Shown piece by piece: positions 52,537 through 64,000 of a DNA stretch of 64,000 nt. The notes below the pieces were generated by a model. That model saw only the letters and a program-made list of their open reading frames with translations, was not told the DNA's origin and ran no database searches. The stretch's first letter is position 1; every line of letters starts with the position of its first letter. The DNA comes from Malacoraja senta (Eukaryota): the NCBI GenBank assembly GCA_038087875.1, contig CM075993.1, positions 3,288,001 through 3,352,000 of the forward strand, given 5' to 3'. The translations under genes were made by a program, and so were the position numbers.

Positions 52537-53072
52537 TTGTCAGGAGGCATCACAGCTTGGTTTGGGAACGGCTCCATCCAAGACCGCAAGAGATTGCGGC
52601 GAATTGCGGACGCAGCCCAGACCGTCGCGCAAACCGACCTCCCTTCCACTGACTCCATCTACACCTCACGCTGCCTCGGCAAGGCCAGCAGCATCATCAA
52701 GGACGAGTCGCACCCCTGGCCACTTCTCCCCTCTCCCATCGGGCAAAAGGGACAGAAGTGTGAAAACGAACGCACACCTCCAGATTCAGGGACAGATTCT
52801 TCCCAGCTGTTATCAGGCAACGGAATCATCCTACCACAACCAGAGAGCAGTGCTGAACTACTATCTACCTCATTGGTGACCCTCGGACTATCCTTGATCG
52901 GACTTTGCTGGTTTAACCTTGCACTAAACGTTATTCCCTTATCATGTATCTGTACACTGTAAATGGATCGATTGTAATCATGTATTGTCTTTCCGCTGAC
53001 TGGTTAGCCCGCAACAAAAGCTTTCCACTGTACCTCGGTACATGTGGCAATAAACTAAACTGAACTCAACTA
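52537..53072 (+). mobile_element. Rex1/Babar-like LINE 3' fragment
   Basis: GITAWFGNGSIQDRKRLRRIADAAQ...LPSTDSIYTSRCLGKASSIIKDESHP; same 3' UTR at 14755-15345, 25685-25975 and 42640-42967. Confidence 0.82.
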
Positions 53073-55371
53073 GAAACCCTAACCTTGGTGCCTCAGTTAT
53101 AAACACACGTCTGGCATAGTTTGTGAGTCACTGGACAGAATTCTTGGAGCGCAGGAAGATGAGGGGTGATCTTACAGAGTTGTTTAAGATCATGACGTGA
53201 ATAGATCGGGTAAATGAACAGAGTCTTTTACCCAGAGTACGGGATTCATAAACCAGAGGACCAGTAGGTTTAAGGTGAAGGGGGAAAGATTTAGACTTTT
53301 AGGCTTTGGACTTTAGAGAGACAGTGCAGAATCAGGCCCTTCGGCCCACTGGATATGGGGAGAAGGCAGGAACGGGGTACTGATTGGGGATGATCAGCCA
53401 TGATCACATTGAATGGCGGTGCTGGCTCGAAGGGCCGAATGGCTTCCTCCTGCACTTATTGTCTATTGAAACGTCACCCATTCCTTCCCTCCAGAGATGC
53501 TGCCTGTCCCGCTGAGTTACTCCAGCTTTCTGTGTCTATCTTTGACTGTCCCATGAAGGCAGGAGCCGTGAGATTGAGAATAGCTTAACATCATCAGATG
53601 CCCAGCGTTTAACCTCTCAATGGGGGCGTGCTGCCATCCTGTGGACTGTTTGTGCACTGCAGATAATTGGATACAGCCATAGGGATAGAGCATGGAAACA
53701 GGCCCTTCGGCCCAACTTGCCCCATCTACACTAGTCCCACCTGCCTGCATTTGCCCCATACCCCTCCAAATCTATCACATCCAAATGTTTTTTGAATGTT
53801 GTGATAGTCCCTGCCTCAACGACCTCCTCTGGCAGCTCATTGCATACACCCACCACCCTCTGTGTGAAAAAAGTTGACCTTCAGGTTCCTATTAAATCTT
53901 CCTCCCCCTTCACCTTTAAGCCTATGTCCTCTGGTTCTTGATTCCAAGAGACACAAAGAAATGCAGATGCTGGAAGAATTGGAACAGCCAGCAAAACAAG
54001 CGAACAATGACAACTTCAGAAATTTACCGTAAACGCAGGAGTAACTCAGTGGGTCAGGCAGCCACTGTGGAGGCAACGGATAGGTGATATTTCAGATCAG
54101 GACCCTTCTTCAAACTCATGGCACAAAGAAGGTTCCAAACCCAAAACCTCACCTGAGTCTGATGAAGGCTCCCAAACGACTCAAAAACATTGTCTGTCCA
54201 TTCCCTCCAAAGATGATGCCTGTCCCACTGAGTTACTCAAGCACTTTGTGTTTTACTCAGGAATCCAGCATCTGCAGTTCCTTGTGTCTCTGTAAAAATT
54301 TAACATCGTCCTGACACAATATCTCTGTTCGACTCAAAGTGCTGGAGTAACTCAGCGGGACAGGCAGCATCTCTGGAGCAAAAAGGATGGGTGACGTTTC
54401 GTGTCAGGACCCTTCTTCAGTCTGACATTAGACTACCCTTCAAGTCCAAGATTGTTAGAGTCTTAACTTGGCCATGAGGACCCGTTGCCCTGGTGACCGC
54501 ACTGGGTCGGAGTCTAGATTAGTTTAGAGATACAGCATGGAAACATGCCCTTCGGTCACTGGAATTTAGAAGGATGAGAGGATATCTTATAGAAACTTAA
54601 AATTCTTAAGGGATTGGACAGGCTAGATGCAGGAAAAATGTTCCCGATGTTGGGGGAGTCCAGGACCAGGGGTCACAGTTTAAGAATAAGGGGTAGGCCG
54701 TTTAGGACTGAGATGAGGAAAAACGTTTTTCACCCATGGGGTTGTGAATCTGCAGAATTCTCTGCCACGGAAGGCGGTGGAGGCCAATTCACGGGATGTT
54801 TTCAAGAGAGAGTTAGATAGAGCTCTTAGGGCTAACGGTATCAAGGGATATGGGGAGAAAGCAGGAATGGGGTATTGATTTTGGATTGTGGATGATCAGC
54901 CATGATCGTATTGAATGGCGGTGCTGGCTCGAAAGGCCGAATGGCCTACTCCTGCACTTATTTTCTATGTTTAGTTTAGTTTAGAAATACAGTGCGGAAA
55001 CAGGCCCTTCGGCCCACCGGGTCTGCGCCGACCAGCGATCCCCACACATTAACACTACCCACTATGGACAATTTACACATACAACAAGCCAATTATCCTA
55101 CAAACCTGCACGTCTTTGGAGTGTGGGAGGATACCAAAGATCTCGGAGAAAACCCACGCAGGTCACGGGGAGAACGTAACCTGGCCAGGCGGTGTTGTCA
55201 ACGTTCTCCGCCCGCTGCTCGACGCTCCGTGCCGCCACCGGCCACGTCCGCTCCGCGCCCGCCCGGCCTGTTGGAGCTTCAGAGCCTCCAGGGTCCCCAC
55301 TCTGCCAACACGACCCACTCCCACAATACCCCGCGCGGTCTAACCTGTACCTTGTACCACTTCTTGTGCAG

Positions 55372-55461
55372 ACGAACGGCAGGAACTGGCCCTGAACCTG
55401 TCGACAAACGGGATCAGCAGCATCAACATGTCCATCGAGATTAACGGCACTCTTTACACTG
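55372..55461 (+). CDS. ARID3B: ARID3B coding exon (REKLES-beta), 90 nt
   Basis: Acceptor ttcttgtgcAG|AC and donor ACTG|GTAAGA. In frame: (D)ERQELALNLSTNGISSINMSIEINGTLYT(G). Not captured in the right frame by the ORF track. Confidence 0.93.
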
Positions 55462-56732
55462 GTAAGACATTTCTCCTGACAACCCTATCCAGCCACGTCA
55501 CATAGCATACCTCTATAAATTCACGAGAGGAAACACAGCCTCTTGCCCAGAGTAGGGGAATCGAGGACCAGAGGACATAGGTTCAAGGTGAAAGGAAAAA
55601 GATTTAATAGGAATCTGAGGGGTAACTTTTACACGCAAAGGGTGGTGGGTGTATGGAACAAGCTGCCAGAGGAGATAGTTGTGGCTGGGACTATCCCAAC
55701 GTTTAAGAAACATTTAAACAGCTACATGGATAGGACAGGTTTGGAGGGATATGGACCAAGTGTGGGCAGGTGGGACTAGTGTAGCTGGGACATGTTGGCC
55801 AGTGTGGGCAAGTTGGGCCGAAGGGCCTGTTTCCACACTGCATCACTCTATGACCTGTACCTGGAGCATATCTGTATCTGATACCTGATATGTGTAGGAA
55901 GGAACTGCAGATGCTGGTTTAAACCGAAGACAGATACAAAAAGCTGGAGAAACTCAGGGGGGTCAGACAGTATCCCTGGGGATGTTTCGGGTCGAGACCC
56001 TTCTTCTGAAACGTCACCCATTCCTTCTCTCCATAGATGCTGCCTGTCCCGCTGAGTTACTCCAGAATTTTGTGTCTATCTTCGGTGTAAACCAGCATCT
56101 GCAGTTCCTTCCTGGACACATCTCGTCCCGAAACCAAAACATGGCCTGGAGATGCTGACGTTCTCCAGAGACGCTGGCCGACCCGCTGGTGTTACTCCAG
56201 CACTTTGTGCCTTGTGTTGGAAGCCGGCACCTGCAGTTCCTCGTGCCTGCCGATAGCGGTGTTGCTGTGCTTGTGCTTGTGGGCTTGGGGACATGACTTG
56301 AGAATTAAGGGACAGAAGTTTAGGGGGAACATTAGGGGGAACTTCTTTACTCAGAGAGTGGTAGCTGTGTGGAATGAGCTTCCAGTGGAAGTGGTGGAGG
56401 CAGGTTCGATGTTATCCTTTAAAAATAGATTGGATGGGTATATGGACGGGAAAGGAATGGAGGGTTATGGTCTGAGTGCAGGTAGATGGGACTAGGGGGA
56501 AGTATTTTATTTTTAATTTAAAAAAAATAAAAATAATAAATAAATTAAAAAAAATTAAATGTTCGGCACGGACTTGAAGGGCCGAGATGGCCTGTTTCCG
56601 TGCTGTTATGGTTATATGGTTATATGGTTATATGGAGCACCAAGGCAAATTCCTTGTATGTGAATACTTGGCCAATAAACTTACTTACTTACTTACTTAC
56701 TGAAGCCAACCAACCCTCCTCTCTTCTTGCAG

Positions 56733-56872
56733 GAGTCCTGTTCGCCCAGAGACCGACGGTGCACGTCATCGCTGGGCCAAGCAGTAGCACCTCAGCCTCC
56801 CAGAGCACGACCAGTCCTACCTCCGTCAAGGGCCCTGCCTCCGCTGAACCCTCCACCAGTGGCTCGCCCTGA
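56733..56872 (+). CDS. ARID3B: ARID3B terminal coding exon to TGA stop
   Basis: Acceptor ctcttcttgcAG|GA. Encodes (G)VLFAQRPTVHVIAGPSSSTSASQSTTSPTSVKGPASAEPSTSGSP*, resembling the ARID3B C-terminus (GVLFAQ...SAEPSTS). All five exon phases are consistent. Confidence 0.93.
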
Positions 56873-59094
56873 GGCCGGGCTCACCGCTGCATCAGGCATC
56901 AGGGAAAGGACTCGCCCCAATTGTATTTTTCTAGAATCTAAACAGGCAGGGAATTTAAAGTGAGAAAATGACAAATGCAAAAAAAAAAAAAACACACACA
57001 AAACCCCCCCCCCGCCAGTAAAGAAACAATTGCACAGATCTTTTCAGCTCAAGAAACCTTAGAATATATTGCCCCTACGTCTTAGGGGGGGGGTAGGGTC
57101 AAAACCAGGGTCAGAAGGCAAAGGTTAATTGGGCAATGGCGTGCAAACGCAACCTCCTGTCCTTCGACTCATAAAACCATCGTCAATTTTTAGAGCCGCA
57201 GTTTTAACAGGAAAACAGGAACCACTTGTTTTGTGGCTCTCCCCCCTCCTCACCCCCCACCCCTCATCCCGCACCATCCTGACATGGAACGGCCATAGTG
57301 CCCCCCCCCCAGGAGGCCGGAAGTGCAGCGTGACATGTTTACATAGGTCTGCCTCCCCATTATATCGGTGCGAGCCTCAGAACTGCTGAGGGCAGCATGT
57401 GACTGGGAGCACTTGCACACGCAAGATTATTAATATTATTATTGTATAAATATGCGGGCAGTTACACGGGGGGGGGGGGGGTGGGGGTTCAGTTGAATTC
57501 ACAAGATAGCGGCATCCCGCTTGCTGGCCACAGATTCAAACAAGAGGCAATTTAATCTGAAGAAGGGTCTCGAGCCGGAACGTCACCCATTCCTTCTCTC
57601 CTGTCCTGCTGAGTTACTCCAGCATTTTTGCGTCCATCTTTAGTCTCATCAGTTATGGTCAAACTGGGAGTAGTGAATTTTCATGTATTCATTGCAATGG
57701 GGGATTGGAGGGGAGAGGTGGGGGCTGAATCTGATGTTCCCAAATTGTAGACCATTAACTCTCCGGGGCTGTTGCGCCTTATTTCGATTTGTCTGTGGGC
57801 CCCTCTGTCCCATTCTACCACCCCCCAGCGATAGAGTAATCCGAGCTGCTGCCTCTCACAACAGGACCCTGCCCTGCCTTGCCCATGCCTTCCGACTGTA
57901 GTTGCAACCAAGGCTCCCTTGCTGCTGGTATTAGCATCTCCTGCACGGAGATACAGTGATAAAATCTCTCTTCCCTGAACCAAGTGGTACGATCCACCGT
58001 ACACAGGGCCGACAGGTAATGCAAAGAGCAAAAAAAAATGAAACATAGACAGCTACAGAGAAAGCGCAGGTACAAAAAAAAGCGCAGGGTCTGCAGTGAG
58101 GTAGGTTGGGGGATTGGGACTGCACGCTAGCTTATGGGAGGACCGTTCAGTAGACTGATAACAGCGGGGAAGAAGCTGTTTAATGAATCTTGTGGTACAT
58201 GCTTCCAAGCTTTCGTCCGACGAGAGAGGAGAGCAGAAGGGATGTGATTATGTGATGGCCCTTGATTATGTTGGCTGCTTTCATGCGGCAGGGTGAAGCG
58301 TAGATGGTAGGGAGGGGGGGGAGGGGGACTGATTTGGGTGATGGTCCGGGCTACGTCCACAGCTCTCTGCAGCTTCTGGCGGGCGTGGGCTAAGCAAGTT
58401 GTGCTGCATTGCAATGGGATTCTTCCTTGCTGAGGTCGAGAGTTTTGAGCACGTTCCCTCTCCAGAGACTTGAGTGGAAGCATCCATTGCCGAGGGAGTT
58501 CTACACGGTCAACAAACCAGTCTTTCAGACATTGGGGACACAAAATGCTGGAGTAACTCAGCGGGACAGGCAGCATCTCTGGGGGAAAGAAATGGGTGAC
58601 GTTTTAGGATTAGACCCTTCTTCAGACACACTGTAGCCCTAACTGGTCACCAATGATCCCATTGGGATTATTTTGAAAATCAGCGGACTTCCCCTTGACC
58701 TCCCACCCAACACAGGTGAAGGTCAGTAGATGAGATGATGGGGTCACTGATGCATCGATGCTCGTGGGAGATAGCTGTGCATAGAATGGCTCGCTGCATT
58801 TCTACCATTGCGACTGCCACTGCCCGTCACAAAGAAGTGGTTCGGGAGGCATCCTGAGGTCACGGCCAGGGAAGCCAGAGTCTTTCCCCCCTACATGCCC
58901 ACCACGTTCCCACTTTAGGGATCAGAGAGGGGAGGAACTGTGGCAGATGCCCTCCTGCCCAACCCTACAGCGGAGAGTGGCTGATCGACCGCTGATTGCC
59001 CAGTGAGTACAGAGGCAAGGATTCCCCCGCTCACACCAACCGTGCACTTAACACAACTCCAACCCAGGAGTTACAGCATTGTCTTGTGAAGTCT

Positions 59095-59836
59095 TGTGTG
59101 TGTGCGCCCATATGTGTGTGTCTGTATGTACGAGAGTGTGTGTGTGTGTGTTTACAAGTGTGTGTGTGTTTGAGTGTGTATTTACGAATGTGTGAGTGTA
59201 TGTTCACGAGTGTGTGTATAAATGTGTGAATGAGTGTGTGTGTATTTACAAGTGTGCATGTGCATGCGCCCATGTGTGTGTGTGTCCTTGCATGTGTGTG
59301 TGTGTCAGTGGCGTGTGTGTGTGTCTATGTACGAGAGTGTGTGTGTGTGTGTTTACAAGTGTGTGCGAGTGTTTGAGTGTGTATTTACGAGTGTATGTTC
59401 ACGAGTGTGTGTGTGAATGAGTGTGTATTTACAAGTGTGCACGTGCATGCGCCCATATGTGTGTTTGTGTATGTGAGTGTCTGTGGCTTGTGTGTGTGTG
59501 TGTAGCATGTGTGTATGTGAGAGTCTGTTGTGTACTGGTGTGTGTGTGCATGTGTCTGCCTGTGTATGATGTGTATGTGTCTGTATCTGTATGTCTATAG
59601 TGTATGTGTGTGTGTGTGTCTACCTGTGTATGATGTGTGTGTGTCAATGGTGTGTGTGTGTGTGTGTGTGCGTGTGTATGTGTGTGTGTGTGTGTGTGTG
59701 TGCGTGCGTGCGTGTGTCAGTGCGTGCGTGCGTGCGTGTGTGTGTGCGTGCGTGCGTGCGTGTGTTAGTGCGTGCGTGCGTGTGTATGTGTGTGTGCGTG
59801 CATGCATGCGTGTGTTAGTGCATGCGTGCGTGTGTG
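59095..59836. repeat. Degenerate (GT)n/(GTGC)n microsatellite with an internal duplication
   Basis: Directly visible; about 59104-59280 is repeated at about 59266-59462. Confidence 0.95.
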
Positions 59837-61336
59837 CCGGTCTATGGCGTGTGTGGACTACCGTCCCCCTTGTGTGCTGTAATGACTGATACCTTTTCCT
59901 CTGGAGGTCACCATTAGTGTTTTTGTTTCATTTCTCTCCCCATTCTTTGACAACCCACCTCATTTTTTTAACCCTCATCCCTCATTGTAGACAGGTTTCC
60001 AAGGGTTGGGAGATGTAACAGTGATGGGGGAGGGGGGGAGGGTGGGAGGGGGGTTCGAACCCGACTACGGGTGCTGTCCGTACGGAGATTGTACGTTCTC
60101 CCCGTGACCGCGTGGGTTTTCTCCGGGTGCTCCGGTTTCCTCCCGCACTCCAAAGACGTACAGGTATGTAGGTTAATTGGCTTGGTGTAAATGTAAAATT
60201 GTCCCAAGTGTGTGTGTGTAGGATAGTGTTAGTGTGCGGGGGATGGCTGGTTGGCGCGGACTCGTCGGGCCAAAGGGCCTGTTTCCGCGCTGTATCTCTA
60301 ATCTAAACTAAAAACTAAAAACCTCCAGCCACTGCTTTGCCTCCCAGAGTCGGCCGTCCAAGGGCGGGGCGACCCAATGCCAAGACTAAGATGGCGGATG
60401 GTGGAACAGTGGACCTCCCATCCACGGTGTTCTCTGCTGCTCACGTAACCCAACAAACCTGCACGTACAACGATACCTTCCCCCCCCCCCCAATCCATAA
60501 ACGTACCGAAAAAGACATAAAGCGCAAAGGCAGGGGGAAGAAAAGCTTAAATATTGAGGGGGTGGTTCCCTCATCTCAGGTTCAGCAAGATTTGAAAGTT
60601 GAGTTGAAGATACTGACTTGCAACCCGTTGGGGGGTTGGTGGAGTTGAAGGTTCCTGTTTGAAGGTTTGCTGCTTATATTCGAGGAGCCTCGTTGAGCCA
60701 AATGGAACCATTGACCTCCGTGGCATCTCCAACTCGCACCCAGGGGTCACGTCCAAGCAGGGCGGAAGGTCAGTGGTATGGGCACGGCAGACGGCACCAT
60801 GACCAGAGGTCCACGCTAACGTTCTGCACTGTCGGAGGGCCTCAACCACCGAGCGGTCCGGCCAACGGAAATGGAGGTGCTCCCTCAAGAATGTAAAATG
60901 GACATCACCCATGGACAAGGCTTGGGCCATTGTGGAACCGAATGGGCGTGGAGAGTAGAGGCATTGTCATGGAATGTTGCGTCTTCTACCTCAGGCTACA
61001 GGTCAGCCATGTTTTACGGCACAACCTCAAGACACATACAATTGGGGTGGCCAAGACTTGGGCCACGTCAGAAGATGAGGGGCGGTCAAGGCGCCTGGCC
61101 TCTGCTATTGGGTTGTCCCAAACCGTTCCGTCTAAAAACGATAACTGCGCATCGTAACGAGGGTCGAAAAGCAAAATTAAAGAAACCTACTCTTGCTGGA
61201 ACCAAAATAGGCATGGGAAGGCTCTGGAGATGTCCAGAAGGTCACGGAGGGAGGAGCAGCATTTCAGGTCAAAGGCCTTTCATCCCCTGGGAGGTTTCTC
61301 ATGAAAAGTTGTCAACGTGAGAGGGGGGGGGGGGGG

Positions 61337-61643
61337 GTGGCAGGGTGACGCAGCGGTAGAGTTGCTGCATCACAGCGCCGGAGACCCGGGTTCGATCCTG
61401 ACTGCGGGTGCTGTCTGTGCGGAGTTTGTACGTTCTCCCCGTGACCTGCGTGGGTTTCTCTCCGGGAGCTCCGGTTTCGTCCCACACCCCAAAGACGTAC
61501 AGGTTTGTAGGTTAATTGGCTTGGTGTAAGTGTAAATTGTCCCTAGTGTGCGTAGGGTCGTGTTAGCGGACAGGGTGATCGCTGGTCGGCGCGGACTCGG
61601 TGGGCCGAAGGGCCTGTTTCCGCGCTGTATCTCTAAACTAAAA
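61337..61643 (+). mobile_element. Full-length HE1-like V-SINE
   Basis: Head GGTGGCAGGGTGACGCAGCGGTAGAG...GGGTTCGATCC, V-domain, tail CTGTATCTCTAAACTAAA. Confidence 0.9.
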
Positions 61644-62691
61644 TCGAGCCTTCTGCATAGATGCTGCCCGACCCCGCTGAGTTCCCCCGGCATTTTGTGA
61701 AATGCTGTCTTTGACTCCACACAGATTCTGTGATGTGATGAGATGTCTCCTGTGATCCCTCCACCTTGTTTCATGGACATCTCACAAGTAGAGCCCATCT
61801 TTCCCTTTTCCCCGTCACCGATATTCCTCCCTCCAGCCTCACAAGTCGCACCTCTCCTTATCTCACCACCTTTTGTCTTTTCACCTCTGGTCTTTGTCCA
61901 ATCACCTGCCAATCGACCCAACCACCCCACTCGCTAGCATCCACCTATCACTTATAACGCTGAACTGAAGAGCGTAAGTGATGGTCTCGGCATCATGCTC
62001 AACACAGACATTGTGGCCCTTCGGCCCACAATGTCTGTGCTGAGCATGATGCCGAGACCATCACCTATCTGCCAGCACATAATGCACAACCCACCATATC
62101 CATGTGCCTATCCAAAAAGTCTCCAAAATGCCACTATCGTATCTGCCTCCCACCACCACCGTTCCAGGCACCCACCACCCTCGGTGTAAAATAACTTGTC
62201 CTGCACGCTCCCTTTTACATTTTTGCCCCCCACATCTTAAAGCTGTGCCCTCTAGAATTTTCCTTTTCCACCCTGGGGGGGAAAAATATCCTGAACGTCT
62301 ACCCCTATCTACACTTCCCGTAATCTAACAGGCTTTGTCCTGCCCCCAGCTCGCTTCCAGCTTTCTACTCCCCCTTCTTCAGTCAACAGGAAGTAGGGTC
62401 CCGACTGGAAACGCAGTCTGTCCGTGTTCTCCAGAAGGTGCTGCCTGACCCATTGAGTTACTCCAGCGCTTTGTGTGCTTTTTCTTTTGTAAACTGGTAT
62501 CTGCAGTTCCCCAAGACCCTGTGGCGGTGGACACAAGATGTTAATCGTGTTTCCTTGCAGATTCTTGCCAATATTATTCTTATCAATATTTGCCAGGTTG
62601 CAAAATGCCCAGCCATCACTCACAATTGTGAAACTGTGTTCTGCCGCGTGAAAGGGGAGTTAAATTAATCGAACCATGTGGGTCTTTCATT

Positions 62692-63160
62692 ATAAGGTCA
62701 TGCGGTTATAAGTGATAGGGGCAGAATTAGGCCATTCGGCCCATCAAGTCTACTCCGCCATTCAATCATGACTGATCTATCTCTCCCTCCTAACCCTATT
62801 CTCCTGCCTTCTCCCCATAACCTCTGACACCCGCACTAATCAAAAATCTATCTATCTCTGCCTTAAATATATCCACTAACTTTGCCTCCACGGCCTTCTG
62901 TGGCAAAGAATTCCACAGATTCACCACCGTCTGACTAAAGAAATTTCTCCTCATCTCCTTCCTAAAAGAACGTCTTTTAATTCCGAGGCTGTGACCTCTG
63001 GTCCTAGACTCTCCCACTAATGGAAACATCCTCTCCACATCCACTCTATCCAAGGCTTTCACTACGCTGAATGTTTCAATGAGGTCCCCCCTCATTCTTC
63101 TAGACTTCAGATGGTACAGGCCCAGTGGCGACAAACGCTCATCATAGGTTCACCTACTCT
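62692..63160 (-). mobile_element. CR1 LINE 3' fragment
   Basis: LGLYHLKSRRMRGDLIETF...RTRGHSLGIK...VVNLWNSLP. Confidence 0.9.
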
Positions 63161-64000
63161 TTGAACCTAATAGAATAGATCCAGAGCAGATTGGTTAAGA
63201 TAGGTAAAACTATTATTGGTTGTTTCACCTTTGAACCTGAAGGCCACCATGGCAACTCGCGACGACTTCCCGAACCAAAATCAGAAGCCACTTTCTGATA
63301 AAAAATGTGCGGTAAACAGGTCACCTATCCCAGTCTGAAGAAGGGTCTCGACCCCATCCCTTCTCTCCAGAGATGCTGCCTGTCCCGCTGAGTTACTCCA
63401 GCATTATGTGTCCATCCTCGGATTAAACCAGCGTCTGCAGTTCCTTCCTACACCAAACCTTGAATGCTGTTCCTCTCTCCAGAGATGCTGCCTGGCCTGC
63501 TAAGCCCTTTCCAGCATCCTCCCATTTTTTGTCTCAGAGTTCCAGCATCTGCGGGTTTTTTTTTTTGCTTTTCTTTTGTGATCGGCAACCCTTGTCCGTA
63601 ATGGAATAATTACCGACTGAAAAGAACTACTGTTTGGGAAATTAAAAAAAGTGTATTGTCCGCACTGTTTTGCAGTACGATTAACCAGGTCTTGTGCTAA
63701 AAAAAAAAGACAAAAATACCTCAAAACTGTTTTTTCTGTGTTTCTTCATATATATTATATAAGTATATATATATATATACCTCAGCTCTCATTAACATTT
63801 TACTTTTTAATGCTTGTAAGTTTGTGATGATGATTAACCGTTTATGAAATTGTAACACCAAAGAAGAGATTTTATGAAGAACTGCTATATTATGTATGCC
63901 CCTTATCGAAACCTAACAATCATTCATCAAAAGCCTCCAAAGATTTTTGGATGTGTTGCTACCTCCCTTGGTTTTGGGGTTTTGAGTTGAGTTAAAATGC

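Larger units (their letters stand above)
56873..64000 (+). other. ARID3B: Candidate long ARID3B 3' UTR, repeat-interrupted; end not defined in the window
   Basis: Follows the stop codon. The AT-rich, UTR-like distal block 63560-64000 has three let-7 seed matches. The extent is inferred; there is no transcript evidence. Confidence 0.5.

Noticed and set aside
44963..56872. Assignment to ARID3A or ARID3C
   Set aside because: RRPSYSS-LFGYSP, YMLYKL and the GVLFAQ...AEPSTS C-terminus fit ARID3B better; a phylogeny or synteny check would be decisive.
58097..58118. TGAGGTAGGTTG resembling a let-7 miRNA
   Set aside because: It is the reverse complement of the Rex1-like tail motif CTACCTCA; similarity stops after the seed and I see no precursor hairpin.

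Overview
Eukaryotic, repeat-dense vertebrate DNA. The repeat repertoire (HE1-like V-SINEs, HER1/CR1 LINE tails, Penelope, Rex1, Hero) indicates a cartilaginous fish, most likely a skate or ray; this is inference. The only host gene I can support is the 3' half of ARID3B on the + strand: five GT-AG exons at 44963-56872 splice in frame to 302 aa covering most of the ARID domain, the REKLES domain and the C-terminus. A long candidate 3' UTR with clustered let-7 seed sites follows. I could not find the 5' exons, so 1-44962 is probably intronic, with two 200-N scaffold gaps. Almost all ORFs in the supplied track are repeat artefacts. The most notable non-coding observations are: (1) a hammerhead-like motif in an unusual strand order in the 3' UTR of Hero-like retrotransposons, seen in two copies; (2) many Penelope pLTR fragments carrying a minimal hammerhead core, often as fold-back units, three of them inserted at the same site of the V-SINE; (3) a perfect 449-bp palindrome; (4) a minisatellite built from GC-box, CRE and ETS promoter motifs.
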